From positions 97,085 to 161,084 of the forward strand of contig CAZSGP010000001.1 of the NCBI GenBank assembly GCA_964606485.1: DNA of 64,000 nt, written 5' to 3'. The translations under genes were made by a program, and so were the position numbers. Source of the DNA: an uncultured Planctomycetia bacterium (lineage in GTDB: Bacteria; Omnitrophota; Gorgyraeia; 2-02-FULL-51-18). This document shows positions 41,414 to 50,897 of this stretch, piece after piece (position 1 is the first letter of the stretch; every line of letters starts with the position of its first letter). The notes under the pieces were generated by a model. It was not told where the DNA came from and did not search any database. It saw only the letters and a program-made list of their open reading frames with translations.

Positions 41414-43293
41414 GCGCCATCGCTGGAATCTACCGTTTTGACGGCTCTAAGTTAGAAAACGCTGTTCTATCGCGGATGATCGCGCCGCTTGTTCCACACG
41501 GTCCGGATTACACAGGGGTTTGGGCGCAAGATTCCATGGGCTTAGGACAATGCTCGTTATGGAATACTCCCGAATCACCTTTCGAAAAATATCCTCTTTT
41601 ATCAGCCGATGGACAACTAGTCTTAGTGGCGGATGCTCGTCTCGATAACCGCGCGGAGCTCTTGCGCGATTTGTCTTTGAGTCACACGGGAACGATTGGC
41701 GACGGCGAGCTGATTCTTCTGGCTTATCAAAAATGGGGAGAGAATTGTCCCGAAAAACTTCTCGGAGACTTCGCTTTCGCAATTTGGGACGCAAGGCGCC
41801 GTGCGCTGTTTTGCGCCCGAGATCACTTTGGAGTAAAGCCGTTTTACTATTTTGAGTCGCGTGGGTTTTTTGCTTTTTCGTCTGAGATCAAAGCCATTTT
41901 AACGCTTCCCGAAATCCCCCGGAAATTAAACGACCGGATGATGGCTCATCATTTGTTGTGGCTTGAAGAAAACCAAGAGATTACTTTTTATGAAGGAATT
42001 TATAAGCTTAGTCCGGCAACGACGCTCACCGTTTATCCCGGAAAAATCCAGAAGAGAAAATATTGGTCGCTTGACGCGCGCCGCAAAACGCGTCTTCAGT
42101 CTGATCAGGACTATTCCGAGGCGTTCAGGGAGATTTTTATTGAGTCGGTGCGGTGTAGGCTCAGAAGTTACGGAAAAGCGGGCTCGCTTTTAAGCGGAGG
42201 GCTCGACTCTTCGGCGGTGACGTCCGTGGCTCGGTTGCTGCTCGAGAAAGAAGGGAAGGCGCTCGATACTTTCTCCGCTATTTTTGAGAATGCGCCGTCG
42301 TCAGATGAGAGAGTTTATATTCGGCAACTCACCACTCTTCCTAGTGTGCGTTCGCATGAAATTCCGTTAGACGGAAGCGCGCCTTTTTTTGAAATCAAAG
42401 AAAATTTTAAGCATTTAGACGAAGTTCATAACTATGATCTCACCATGGGTTGGGGAGGAATTTACCCTGAGGCTCAAAAGTTGGGTGTTCGCGTTCTCTT
42501 GGACGGTGATGGGGGAGATGAAGTGGTGTTTCGCGGCTATCTGCGTCTTGCGGAACTCTTAAAGGAATTTCGATGGGTTGAGTATTGGAAAACATTGAAC
42601 GGTTTATCTAAAAACATCGGCCGCTCGCGGCGCGATCTTTTCATCAGTCAGTCTGTTCGACCGCTTGTGGCGCCGAGCTTTCTTTACGCATGGCGACATT
42701 TGCGTTGGGGACACCGCGCACTTTGGTTTGAGCGTGATTTATTGAATCCGGTCTTTGCAAAGAAAGTTGGCTTGGAAGAAATGGAGTCCCAACAAATCCG
42801 CGAAGAGACAAGTCCTTCACGCTCGGTTAGCGAGGATCATTTTAAGGCCCTCACATCGGGCTCGGTGTCCTACGCTTTTGGGATTATGGCGCCTGCGGCT
42901 GCGGCGTTTGGCATTGAACACCGCTACCCATTTCACGACGTGAGACTGGCGGAATTTTGCTTGTCACTGCCCTCAGACCAAAAGCTCTACCGAGGCTGGA
43001 CGAGAGTCGTGATGCGCCGCGCTCTCGAGGGAATACTGCCGGACGCGCTTCGGTGGCGCGGCGGAAAAACCTACGCGACCGATGATTTTGTCTACCGACT
43101 CCATCGCTTCGAAAAGGAAGCTTTAGACCGGATTTTTTTGAAGAATCCTTCGCGGATTGAGCCTTACTTTAATTTGGGGATGATCAGAAAAAAATACGAA
43201 TCGTTTCTCGCCAAGCCCGAATATAAAACCGCTGTAGTGCTCTGGCAGGCGGCTATGCTATCATTATGGCTTGAAGATACCCAATTTTCTTGA
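41410..43293 (+). CDS. Asparagine-synthetase-B-like amidotransferase homolog lacking the N-terminal catalytic Cys (lasso-peptide cyclase / C-protein candidate)
   Basis: TTG start is forced by an in-frame stop at 41401-41403. The N-terminus is M-S-A-I-A-G-IY, not the M-C-G-I-x-G of AsnB. PP-loop ATP pyrophosphatase motif LLSGGLDSSAV is present. 627 aa. Confidence 0.8.
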   Translation: MSAIAGIYRFDGSKLENAVLSRMIAPLVPHGPDYTGVWAQDSMGLGQCSLWNTPESPFEKYPLLSADGQLVLVADARLDNRAELLRDLSLSHTGTIGDGELILLAYQKWGENCPEKLLGDFAFAIWDARRRALFCARDHFGVKPFYYFESRGFFAFSSEIKAILTLPEIPRKLNDRMMAHHLLWLEENQEITFYEGIYKLSPATTLTVYPGKIQKRKYWSLDARRKTRLQSDQDYSEAFREIFIESVRCRLRSYGKAGSLLSGGLDSSAVTSVARLLLEKEGKALDTFSAIFENAPSSDERVYIRQLTTLPSVRSHEIPLDGSAPFFEIKENFKHLDEVHNYDLTMGWGGIYPEAQKLGVRVLLDGDGGDEVVFRGYLRLAELLKEFRWVEYWKTLNGLSKNIGRSRRDLFISQSVRPLVAPSFLYAWRHLRWGHRALWFERDLLNPVFAKKVGLEEMESQQIREETSPSRSVSEDHFKALTSGSVSYAFGIMAPAAAAFGIEHRYPFHDVRLAEFCLSLPSDQKLYRGWTRVVMRRALEGILPDALRWRGGKTYATDDFVYRLHRFEKEALDRIFLKNPSRIEPYFNLGMIRKKYESFLAKPEYKTAVVLWQAAMLSLWLEDTQFS

Positions 43294-43301
43294 GACGAAA
43301 T

Positions 43302-43307
43302 AGGAGG
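43302..43307 (+). promoter_or_regulatory. Perfect Shine-Dalgarno AGGAGG, 7 nt upstream of the small-ORF ATG
   Basis: Read directly: ...gaaatAGGAGGaaatcaaATG. Confidence 0.6.
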
Positions 43308-43314
43308 AAATCAA

Positions 43315-43476
43315 ATGTCGGAAAGTCAGTCTAAAAAAAATCAGTCCCACTCAAAAAAACAGTCAAAAAAGAGTTATCAATCCCCAAAAGTTACCGTTTA
43401 CGGCAGCGTCTCAAAACTCACCGGAGCCAAGGCCGTTGGCAAAAAGCGTGACGGTTCGGGAACCAAAAAAACCTGA
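43315..43476 (+). CDS. 53-aa Lys-rich small ORF. Candidate RiPP (lasso-like) precursor peptide.
   Basis: MSESQSKKNQSHSKKQSKKSYQSPKVTVYGSVSKLTGAKAVGKKRDGSGTKKT. Below the 60-aa ORF-track cutoff. Strong RBS. Sits immediately after the AsnB-like gene and before the HPr-kinase-like gene. A possible leader/core split places Thr at -2 (…KLTG|AKAVGKKRD9|GSGTKKT). Confidence 0.45.
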   Translation: MSESQSKKNQSHSKKQSKKSYQSPKVTVYGSVSKLTGAKAVGKKRDGSGTKKT

Positions 43477-43502
43477 GATCGTTTAACTACACAGCTTATG
43501 GG

Positions 43503-44315
43503 TTGTCTGTAAGCTCTAGTATTTCTCTTCCCGAACTCACCTCCTCCAAAGCAGTTGCCCGTCCGCATATTGTGATTCGCGAGGGACGGGTGCGGTTTCC
43601 GCATTTTTATTGGAAAAATGAATGTTCGATTCATGTGTCCGGCGGTCGGAAAATTGTGGTAGACCCTGATCCGTCCGCTGACCCGCGAGCCGTTCGTTTA
43701 AGTATCTTAGGGCCGGCATTTTCAAAGATTCTCGAGCAAAGAAATGACCTGGTTCTTCATGCGAGTGCCGTCGGGTTTAAAGGGGGCGCCATTGTGTTTG
43801 TGGGCGCTTCAGGTTCGGGCAAATCCTCGCTTGCTGCGGCCTTTTGTTCTAAAGGACATTCTTTCATTACAGATAATTTGCTCGTCATTCGCTTTATCAA
43901 GAATCGAGCGGTTGTTTTCCCGGGTTTTCCTCAAATTAAGTTATTTCCGGACTCTGCCAAAGCGTTGAAATTTAATCCGGATCATCTTCCGGCAATTGAA
44001 GCCGGCGCCCGCAAGCGGTGGGTGAGTCAAGAGGCACAGTTTTCCGTTAAACCTGCCTTGCTCAAACGGATTTATTTTTTATCGAAAGGCAAAACAGTTG
44101 CTGTTCAAAATGCATTGAGCCGGGAAAAAATCATTCAACTGATCAGTCACTCTATTGGTGTAGAAAGCAAATCAGCACAAGAGACCTTATCTCAAAACTT
44201 CAAAAGCTGCATGCGGCTAGCTAGAGATATTCCGATGCGCTTGGTTACTCGTAGCCAAGATTTAAAATCGCTACCTCAGCTCGTCACTTTGATTCAAAGA
44301 GACTTAGTGAAATGA
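43503..44315 (+). CDS. HPr kinase/phosphorylase C-terminal-domain-like P-loop kinase (peptide kinase candidate)
   Basis: Walker A VFVGASGSGKSSLAAAF. Size and architecture match stand-alone HprK-like kinases found in RiPP clusters. TTG start as in the ORF track; the true start is uncertain. Confidence 0.6.
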   Translation: MSVSSSISLPELTSSKAVARPHIVIREGRVRFPHFYWKNECSIHVSGGRKIVVDPDPSADPRAVRLSILGPAFSKILEQRNDLVLHASAVGFKGGAIVFVGASGSGKSSLAAAFCSKGHSFITDNLLVIRFIKNRAVVFPGFPQIKLFPDSAKALKFNPDHLPAIEAGARKRWVSQEAQFSVKPALLKRIYFLSKGKTVAVQNALSREKIIQLISHSIGVESKSAQETLSQNFKSCMRLARDIPMRLVTRSQDLKSLPQLVTLIQRDLVK

Positions 44316-45262
44316 CGAAAGAATTAATGGACGAAAAGAAAGCGCTGGTTTTTGAGGCGCTTCTTTGGAAAAGCGAACTCAATAAAGTTTTACAGGTTCT
44401 GCAAAATGAAAAAGTGGACTGCATTTTAATGAAGGGCATGCCGCTTTCGTATCAAATTTATTCTCAGCCCATTGATCGGCCGTTTTCGGATATTGATGTT
44501 TTAATTCAAAAAAAAGATTTCGAAGTTGTCCGCGCGGCCATGCTCAATCTGGGGTATTATTTGGACAACGCGGTTGAGGGGGACTACGTGTCGCATCAAC
44601 GCACGTTCACCCAAATAAGCCCCGCCGGTTTTGAATTTCTTTTCGACTTTCACTGGAAAATCAGCAACTCTGCGCTATTTTCTGAAGTCTTGTTGTGGGA
44701 TGAGCTCTGGCCGAAAGTCGTGCCGATTGAGACGCTCGGTAAAAACGCCAAGGCTTTGTGTTTGGAGCATGCGTTGATCCTAGCTTGCATTCACCGGGCG
44801 GCCCATCATCCCGGCGAAGACCGGCCCATTTGGATCGAAGACATTCACCGTTTGTTGAGTCAGATGGACAGTCACCAGCTTCATTTTTTTTGCGAGACCG
44901 TTTCTCGAAAGAAAATTGCCGCTATTTGCTGGGACGGTGTTCAAAAGTCATTAGACCGTTATAAAACTAAAATTCCAGATAAGATCACAGAGAGCCTCAA
45001 GCTTCATGTCAGCTACGAAAAATCCGCGACCGCGTATCTCAAGTCAAACGCAAAGCTTTTAAGAAATGTCAGCAGTAATTTAAAAACCCTGCCCACTTTT
45101 AGACAGAAGACAGGGTACTTGAGAGAGCTTTTTTTCCCCTCCAAAGCTTATATGATGGCAAAGTACCACTCACAGCAGATCTGGTTACTGCCTTTCCTCT
45201 ATATAAGACGGGCCGCTAAGGGTGTTTTTAAAGCTTTTACGTTGCGTAATGTTAAGAATTGA
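44312..45262 (+). CDS. Uncharacterised nucleotidyltransferase-family protein (RiPP-cluster-associated type)
   Basis: MKGMPLSYQIY...RPFSDIDVLI fits a pol-beta-like nucleotidyltransferase GS...D.D signature. Overlaps the kinase gene by 4 nt. Confidence 0.45.
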   Translation: MTKELMDEKKALVFEALLWKSELNKVLQVLQNEKVDCILMKGMPLSYQIYSQPIDRPFSDIDVLIQKKDFEVVRAAMLNLGYYLDNAVEGDYVSHQRTFTQISPAGFEFLFDFHWKISNSALFSEVLLWDELWPKVVPIETLGKNAKALCLEHALILACIHRAAHHPGEDRPIWIEDIHRLLSQMDSHQLHFFCETVSRKKIAAICWDGVQKSLDRYKTKIPDKITESLKLHVSYEKSATAYLKSNAKLLRNVSSNLKTLPTFRQKTGYLRELFFPSKAYMMAKYHSQQIWLLPFLYIRRAAKGVFKAFTLRNVKN

Positions 45263-45278
45263 TATATATTTAGAAGTA

Positions 45279-46697
45279 ATGATAAAGCTAAAATTACGCC
45301 CTGTTGCTACATTTGGATCGCTGCTATTCGCATTTGTTGTTCAATGCGTACCCGCTTTTGCCTTCACATCTATCGATTCTTTCTCGGGAGTGGACCAGAG
45401 TTTTACGGATGGTTTTTCCTTCCGGAGCACCGCTGAAAAGGGGCATGATAATTTTGCGTTTCGTGAAGAGCGGGAGAGAAGCCAAAAAGAAGAAAAAAGC
45501 GCCAAGGACTACAAAGATTCCGAAAGAGAATGGCGTTTTCACAAGCTTTTTCAAACAGGCGTGTTATTTGATTCCAATCCTGAAAGCTCACAGCATGATC
45601 CTGACGGAGATTTAGTGTATGGATACAATTCTTCTCTAGGAATGAGCCGAAGATCGGAGAATGTTTTCTTTTCACTTTTTACAAATAACAGCTATTCCGA
45701 TTATGTGGAAAATCAAAAAAACAGCCGTTATTCTAATTCCGAAAATATGCAGTACAATCTTAATTTTAAGCGGCTTAAAATTAATATATCCGATTCGTTC
45801 AAGCCCGATACAGCCCTCGCTGTCGGAGAGCGCACCGAACTTCTTCCGGGCGGTGAAGCCTCCAGTGCCAGCGATCTTTCTAAACGCAAAGTTTACACAT
45901 ACAGCAACAGCTTAAACATCGATTCTTCTTATACGCTTTCCCCTAAAACCTCGTTGACCTATAATCACATCTACTCCTACTACTATTTCCCGGTTGCCGG
46001 TAATTCCGAAACAACCAATTCTTTTAGCTCAAAAACGAATACATTCAGACCGGGAGTTACTTATAAGATTCGCCCTAAAGTGAATGTTTTTGCAAATTAC
46101 GCTTTGGAAATGATTGATTATTTTGAGGCTAAAGGAGACACGCTCCATCCCCAAACCCACACTTTTTCCACGGGCTTGGATTGGAAAATGAACCCTAAGA
46201 CGGGGCTAGGATTTTCGGTTTCCTATCTTTTGCGCGATTATCTTACGGATCATATTAAAAATATAGACGGGCTCGTGCTGACTTGGAGCGTTTCCCGTCA
46301 GATCACTCAAAAGATTTTTGCCACAGCGTCTTTTTCCAAGGATGTTCAACAAAGCCTAGACCAGAGCATGAACTCGAGCCTTCAGGAAGATAAGTATTTT
46401 TACGGGTTAAATTTGACATGGAAAATAACTCAGAAGATGTTTTTGAGCGGTCAAGTCAGCGCCCAGCTCAATTCCAGAGAGGGATTTGTAACGCTTCGAG
46501 ATGTCGACAACGAAACGCTTACCTTTACGCGTCCGATGGAAGACCAAAGCTACCGCTGGGGCCTAGGCTTCAACTGGAATCTTAAAAAGGATTTGATCAT
46601 CACGCTGCTATATGAATTTTTGAACCATAATTCTAGCTTCAAAAATTTTGAATACGAAGATCATCGCGCTCTGGCCGCCGTTAACTTTAAGTTTTAG
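45279..46697 (+). CDS. Putative outer-membrane beta-barrel protein at the head of the polysaccharide export genes
   Basis: Signal peptide MIKLKLRPVATFGSLLFAFVVQCVPAFAF. Alternating amphipathic beta-strand pattern. C-terminal ...AVNFKF with a terminal Phe. Confidence 0.5.
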   Translation: MIKLKLRPVATFGSLLFAFVVQCVPAFAFTSIDSFSGVDQSFTDGFSFRSTAEKGHDNFAFREERERSQKEEKSAKDYKDSEREWRFHKLFQTGVLFDSNPESSQHDPDGDLVYGYNSSLGMSRRSENVFFSLFTNNSYSDYVENQKNSRYSNSENMQYNLNFKRLKINISDSFKPDTALAVGERTELLPGGEASSASDLSKRKVYTYSNSLNIDSSYTLSPKTSLTYNHIYSYYYFPVAGNSETTNSFSSKTNTFRPGVTYKIRPKVNVFANYALEMIDYFEAKGDTLHPQTHTFSTGLDWKMNPKTGLGFSVSYLLRDYLTDHIKNIDGLVLTWSVSRQITQKIFATASFSKDVQQSLDQSMNSSLQEDKYFYGLNLTWKITQKMFLSGQVSAQLNSREGFVTLRDVDNETLTFTRPMEDQSYRWGLGFNWNLKKDLIITLLYEFLNHNSSFKNFEYEDHRALAAVNFKF

Positions 46698-46698
46698 C

Positions 46699-48126
46699 AT
46701 GCCCAAATCCGCCCGGTATTTTCTTGCCCTTGTCTATTTTCTCTTAAGTTTTATAAGCGCCAATCAGGTTTTTAGCGCCGACACGCCGCTTGTCCGGGCG
46801 GGACAGACGCTGGACATCCAAGTAGAGGGGGAGAAAGATTTAACCGGATTATTTGTCATTAGCCCGGAAGGTGAAATTCAATACCCCTTTCTCGGCACGG
46901 TTTATGTTGATGGGCTTCACGAAGGTGAAATCCAAAACTTCATTTACGAACTGCTTTCAAAGGATTACCTGGTGAATCCGAAAGTCCGGGTTAAAATTGC
47001 TTTGGGTGCTGTAAAATCGGACTCGTCTTCCAACATGGACCCCAAAATTAAAAAAAAGGACACGCTTGAGATTAGCGTTGAAAACGAGAAGGAGCTTTCA
47101 AAAAAATACCAGGTTGATAAAGACGGCGCCATCACCTTGCCCTTAATCGGCGCGCTGAAGGTGGAAGGTTTAACGGCGTTCGAGCTTGAGTCGCTGCTCG
47201 TCGAAAATTTTGGAAAGGATTACCTGGTAAACCCTAAGATCACCGTTAAATTAACCCCTGCTATCAAGCCCGCGCCCGCAAAGAAAGACGCGCCGGAAAA
47301 AAAAGCGGGTAAATCTCAGGCTTCCGCTGCGGCAACGGAGTTGCAGAATGCAGATCGGGAGTTGGATTTTAAATTTAATCTCATTCGAGCCGGCGACAAG
47401 CTCAAAATCGATATCTACCAAGATAAGGAGATGTCGGGAGTCTACACGGTTAGTTCAAACGGCAAGATCGACCTCCCAATTTTGGGAGAGATTTACGTTG
47501 AAGGACTGCTGATGGATGAATTAGAATCATTCCTTAAAGAAGCGTTAAAAGATTATCTGATTGATCCCAAAATCGACATTTCCTTCGCTGAAAGCTTGAC
47601 GAAGTCGGTGTCCATTTTGGGGCCTGTGGGAAGGCCTGGGAATTATAATTTAAGGCCCGATATGACACTGATTCGGCTTATCTCAGAGGTGGGTGGTTTT
47701 TCCATCGACCCGAATAGTGTTAGCATGCGCTTAACGCGCACAACGAGAGACGGAAAAGATAAATTGATGCAAATTGATTTTCAGGCCATTATGAGCGGTA
47801 AACAGAAAGATATACTGCTCGAACCCAACGATGTTATTTATGTTTCTGAGGCTCGTGCGGCGCAGAGCGCTATTTCCATTTTAGGCCAGGTTATGAAGCC
47901 GGGAAATTATCCTTACAGCGCTGATGTGTCTTTGATTCGGCTCGTTTCTCAAACAGGCGGTTTTACCCCGGTGGCAGCGGCCAGTCGCGTGCGCATTGTC
48001 CGTATGAGTAAGACCGGTCAGCGAGAGACGCTAACCGTGAACGCTAACGCTGTTCTCGACGGAAGAGCCGAAGATTTTAAGTTGGAAGCGGGAGATATTA
48101 TTGTTGTTCCAGAGTCTTTTTTTTAG
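46699..48126 (+). CDS. wza: Wza-like outer-membrane polysaccharide export (OPX) protein with repeated Poly_export/SLBB modules
   Basis: Signal peptide MPKSARYFLALVYFLLSFISA. Four repeats of the ...GD.L.I.V.......V..DG.I..P..G.V.V.GLT..E... pattern. Confidence 0.75.
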   Translation: MPKSARYFLALVYFLLSFISANQVFSADTPLVRAGQTLDIQVEGEKDLTGLFVISPEGEIQYPFLGTVYVDGLHEGEIQNFIYELLSKDYLVNPKVRVKIALGAVKSDSSSNMDPKIKKKDTLEISVENEKELSKKYQVDKDGAITLPLIGALKVEGLTAFELESLLVENFGKDYLVNPKITVKLTPAIKPAPAKKDAPEKKAGKSQASAAATELQNADRELDFKFNLIRAGDKLKIDIYQDKEMSGVYTVSSNGKIDLPILGEIYVEGLLMDELESFLKEALKDYLIDPKIDISFAESLTKSVSILGPVGRPGNYNLRPDMTLIRLISEVGGFSIDPNSVSMRLTRTTRDGKDKLMQIDFQAIMSGKQKDILLEPNDVIYVSEARAAQSAISILGQVMKPGNYPYSADVSLIRLVSQTGGFTPVAAASRVRIVRMSKTGQRETLTVNANAVLDGRAEDFKLEAGDIIVVPESFF

Positions 48127-48129
48127 TTT

Positions 48130-49920
48130 ATGATTGAATCTGCTGAACCAAAAGCCCCTTACGTTATTCCGTCCGTTAACCAGGACCGGGATTTCAGTGA
48201 CCTGCACGAGTATCTTCAAATCCTAATCGATTACCGCTGGTTGATTACGGCGGTAACGCTTGCAGTGTTCATTATTTCGACGGTTTACTGGTCTCTGCAG
48301 CCGAATTACTATTCGGCGCAAGTGAAGATCTTGGTCGAAAGAGTCGGGGATCAGCCCCGCGCTAAACACGAACTGATGGTTCCCACCGAAGACTCCGGTG
48401 AAGAGTCTTATTACGGCACACAAATTGAAATCTTGTATGGCCGAAAGATTGCTTCGATTGTGAACGCGGAGCTTGGACAGCTTGGCTCAACTTACTCGAT
48501 TAACGTGGAACAAATTCGCGGAAGCCGTATTTTGAGATTAACGGTGACCAGCGGAGACCCGCAGGTTTCCTCCAAGGTGGCCAATAAATATGCCGAGGTC
48601 TATGTTCGGGAAAGCACTAAAGAAGGGCTTTATTTTACGCAGCAAATTTTAAAATACCTGCCGGAGGATAGCGAGCTTGCGAAGTCACAGGATAATTCGA
48701 ACCAGGCTCAGGGCGGGTTTGATAAAGCTCAGTATGCAGAGTCTTTGACGGACGTGGCCGACGACTCGGCCATTCAAAAATTAAAGTCAGAAAAACTGGA
48801 TTTGGAGTCAAAGCTCTCTGAGTTGTCGACTCGTTACAAACCGAGTCACCCCGCGTTGATCGAACTAAAAGAGAAGCTCGAAAAAATCAATGAGCAGCTT
48901 AATTCCAGAATGAAAAAAATTCTCACAAATGTCCGGGCTAATTTGTCGGGAGAGGTCAGTGTGACGAATGTGAGAATTCTAGAAGAAGCGCAAACGCCGG
49001 GCCGTCCCTCCGGCCCTGACAGGCCCTTTAAGATATTTTTATTCACCATGGCCGGCTTTTTGGTTGTTTCCGCAGCGGCTGTGCTGTATGAACTTTTATT
49101 TCAGCGGATTCGCACCGTTAAAGATGTCCACGGGGATATCGGAATAACCTTTTTGGGGTATGTCCCTCTTTTTTATAACTCTTCGCATAAGCAAAAATTG
49201 TTTATGCCTCATCAGTCCTTAGGCGAAATTTCGCTTTTGGATTTGGTTAAACGAAACAGTGTGGTGGCGGATTCGATCGTCAGCGTCCGGACTCACATTC
49301 TTTTCACCGTTCCTTATGAGCAGTCGAAGCGCATTATGATTACGAGTGCGATCCCCGGTGAAGGCAAGACGACGGTCGCGACGCTGCTCTCATTGTCGCT
49401 CACGGCCCTTGGCAGAAAAATCATCATGATTGACGGGGATATGAGGCGCCCAACTTCGCACACTTATTTAAATATTCGAAACGACAAAGGTCTGTCAGAT
49501 TATTTGACTGGAAAAGCAACGAAGGAAGAAGTTATAAAAAACATCGAGGGATCGGAACTTAAAGTGATTACCGCCGGCGGCCGCGTTTCTAACCCGCCGG
49601 AGTTGTTGGCGTCGGAACGATTTCGTGATCTGCTGGAAGAGCTTGGCCAGGAATTTGACCGTATTGTGATTGACGTTCCGCCCGTTCTGTATATTCCGGA
49701 CGCTCTCATTGTGGCAAAATACGTTCACACCGGCGTCTTGATATGCGGAGCCGGAATGGTTCAGAAAAAAATCGTAAAAACCGTTAAGGAGAAGTTTGAT
49801 TCAATCGGTCATTCGCTGATCGGCATCGTGATTAATCGCGCCGATTACGAAGGCCAGAAGTACCGTTATCATTACTATCACTCTTACAAGGACTACTACG
49901 TTAAAAAGAAGGCTCAATGA
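48130..49920 (+). CDS. wzc: Wzc-like polysaccharide co-polymerase (PCP-2a) with a C-terminal BY-kinase domain and Tyr-rich tail
   Basis: N-terminal TM plus periplasmic coiled-coil (Wzz-like) region. Second TM. Walker [18 protein letters not shown]. Walker A' [10 protein letters not shown]-terminal [13 protein letters not shown]. Confidence 0.85.
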   Translation: MIESAEPKAPYVIPSVNQDRDFSDLHEYLQILIDYRWLITAVTLAVFIISTVYWSLQPNYYSAQVKILVERVGDQPRAKHELMVPTEDSGEESYYGTQIEILYGRKIASIVNAELGQLGSTYSINVEQIRGSRILRLTVTSGDPQVSSKVANKYAEVYVRESTKEGLYFTQQILKYLPEDSELAKSQDNSNQAQGGFDKAQYAESLTDVADDSAIQKLKSEKLDLESKLSELSTRYKPSHPALIELKEKLEKINEQLNSRMKKILTNVRANLSGEVSVTNVRILEEAQTPGRPSGPDRPFKIFLFTMAGFLVVSAAAVLYELLFQRIRTVKDVHGDIGITFLGYVPLFYNSSHKQKLFMPHQSLGEISLLDLVKRNSVVADSIVSVRTHILFTVPYEQSKRIMITSAIPGEGKTTVATLLSLSLTALGRKIIMIDGDMRRPTSHTYLNIRNDKGLSDYLTGKATKEEVIKNIEGSELKVITAGGRVSNPPELLASERFRDLLEELGQEFDRIVIDVPPVLYIPDALIVAKYVHTGVLICGAGMVQKKIVKTVKEKFDSIGHSLIGIVINRADYEGQKYRYHYYHSYKDYYVKKKAQ

Positions 49921-50897
49921 AAAAAGCACTCGTAACTGGAATTACTGGACAAGACGGCTCGTATTTGGCAGAGTTTTTGATTTCAAAAGGCTATGAAGTT
50001 TATGGGATGGTGCGCCGCTCAAGCTCCATCAACACCGGACGAATTGATCATCTTTATGAAGAAATTCAAAACCCCAAACGCCGCCTCAAGCTGATCTATG
50101 GGGATTTGAACGATGCTAGTTCCATCAACCGGATTTTAAGAACGGTAAAGCCGGATGAAATTTATAATTTGGCCGCCCAAAGCCATGTAAAGGTGAGTTT
50201 TGAAATTCCGGAATACACTTCCGAAGTGACGGCCTTAGGAGCTCTGCGTATTTTAGAGGGCATTATTGATTCGGGGATTAAAACAAAGTTCTATCAGGCG
50301 TCCTCAAGCGAGCTCTATGGACGCAGCCATGAAGTTCCGCAGAATGAATTGACCGCGTTTCGTCCGGTGAGCCCGTATGCGGTGTCCAAGCTATTTGCCT
50401 ATTGGACCACGGTGAATTACCGAGAAAGTTACGGGCTTTACGCTTGCAATGGAATCCTTTTTAATCACGAATCCCCGCGACGCGGTGAGACATTTGTCAC
50501 GCGTAAGATTACGCGAGCAGTAGCGCGCATTCAAAAAGGGCTTCAAGATGTTCTTTATTTGGGGAACTTAGATGCCAAGCGTGATTGGGGCTACGCCAAG
50601 GATTATGTGGAAGCCATGTGGCTGATGCTTCAGCAAAAACAGGCGGATGATTTTGTGATTGCAACCGGAGAAACGCACACGGTAAGAGAGTTTGTGCACG
50701 AAGCTTTTAAATGCGTGGGGCTCGACTGGAAAAAATACGTTAAAATTGACAAGCGTTATTTCCGCCCTTTGGAAGTTGATATTTTGCACGGCGATTACAG
50801 CAAAGCTAAAAAAAAGCTGGGCTGGAAACCCCGCACTTCCTTCAAAGAACTAGTAAAACTCATGGTTCAGGCTGACATTGAGCTTCTGGAAAAATAA
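49917..50897 (+). CDS. gmd: GDP-mannose 4,6-dehydratase (canonical copy)
   Basis: [86 protein letters not shown]. Confidence 0.9.
   Translation: MKKALVTGITGQDGSYLAEFLISKGYEVYGMVRRSSSINTGRIDHLYEEIQNPKRRLKLIYGDLNDASSINRILRTVKPDEIYNLAAQSHVKVSFEIPEYTSEVTALGALRILEGIIDSGIKTKFYQASSSELYGRSHEVPQNELTAFRPVSPYAVSKLFAYWTTVNYRESYGLYACNGILFNHESPRRGETFVTRKITRAVARIQKGLQDVLYLGNLDAKRDWGYAKDYVEAMWLMLQQKQADDFVIATGETHTVREFVHEAFKCVGLDWKKYVKIDKRYFRPLEVDILHGDYSKAKKKLGWKPRTSFKELVKLMVQADIELLEK

Noticed and set aside
41410-43293. Could this be the housekeeping glutamine-dependent asparagine synthetase AsnB?
   Set aside because: The start is pinned by an in-frame stop three codons upstream. Position 2 is Ser, not the obligatory Cys nucleophile. 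The gene is sandwiched between RRE, kinase and precursor-like genes. Hence the lasso-cyclase-like call, which is not proven.
43398-43725. Minus-strand ORFs 43398-43634 and 43537-43725, overlapping the small peptide ORF and the start of the kinase gene
   Set aside because: The plus-strand small ORF has a perfect AGGAGG RBS and the plus-strand kinase has a Walker A motif. The antisense ORFs have neither.
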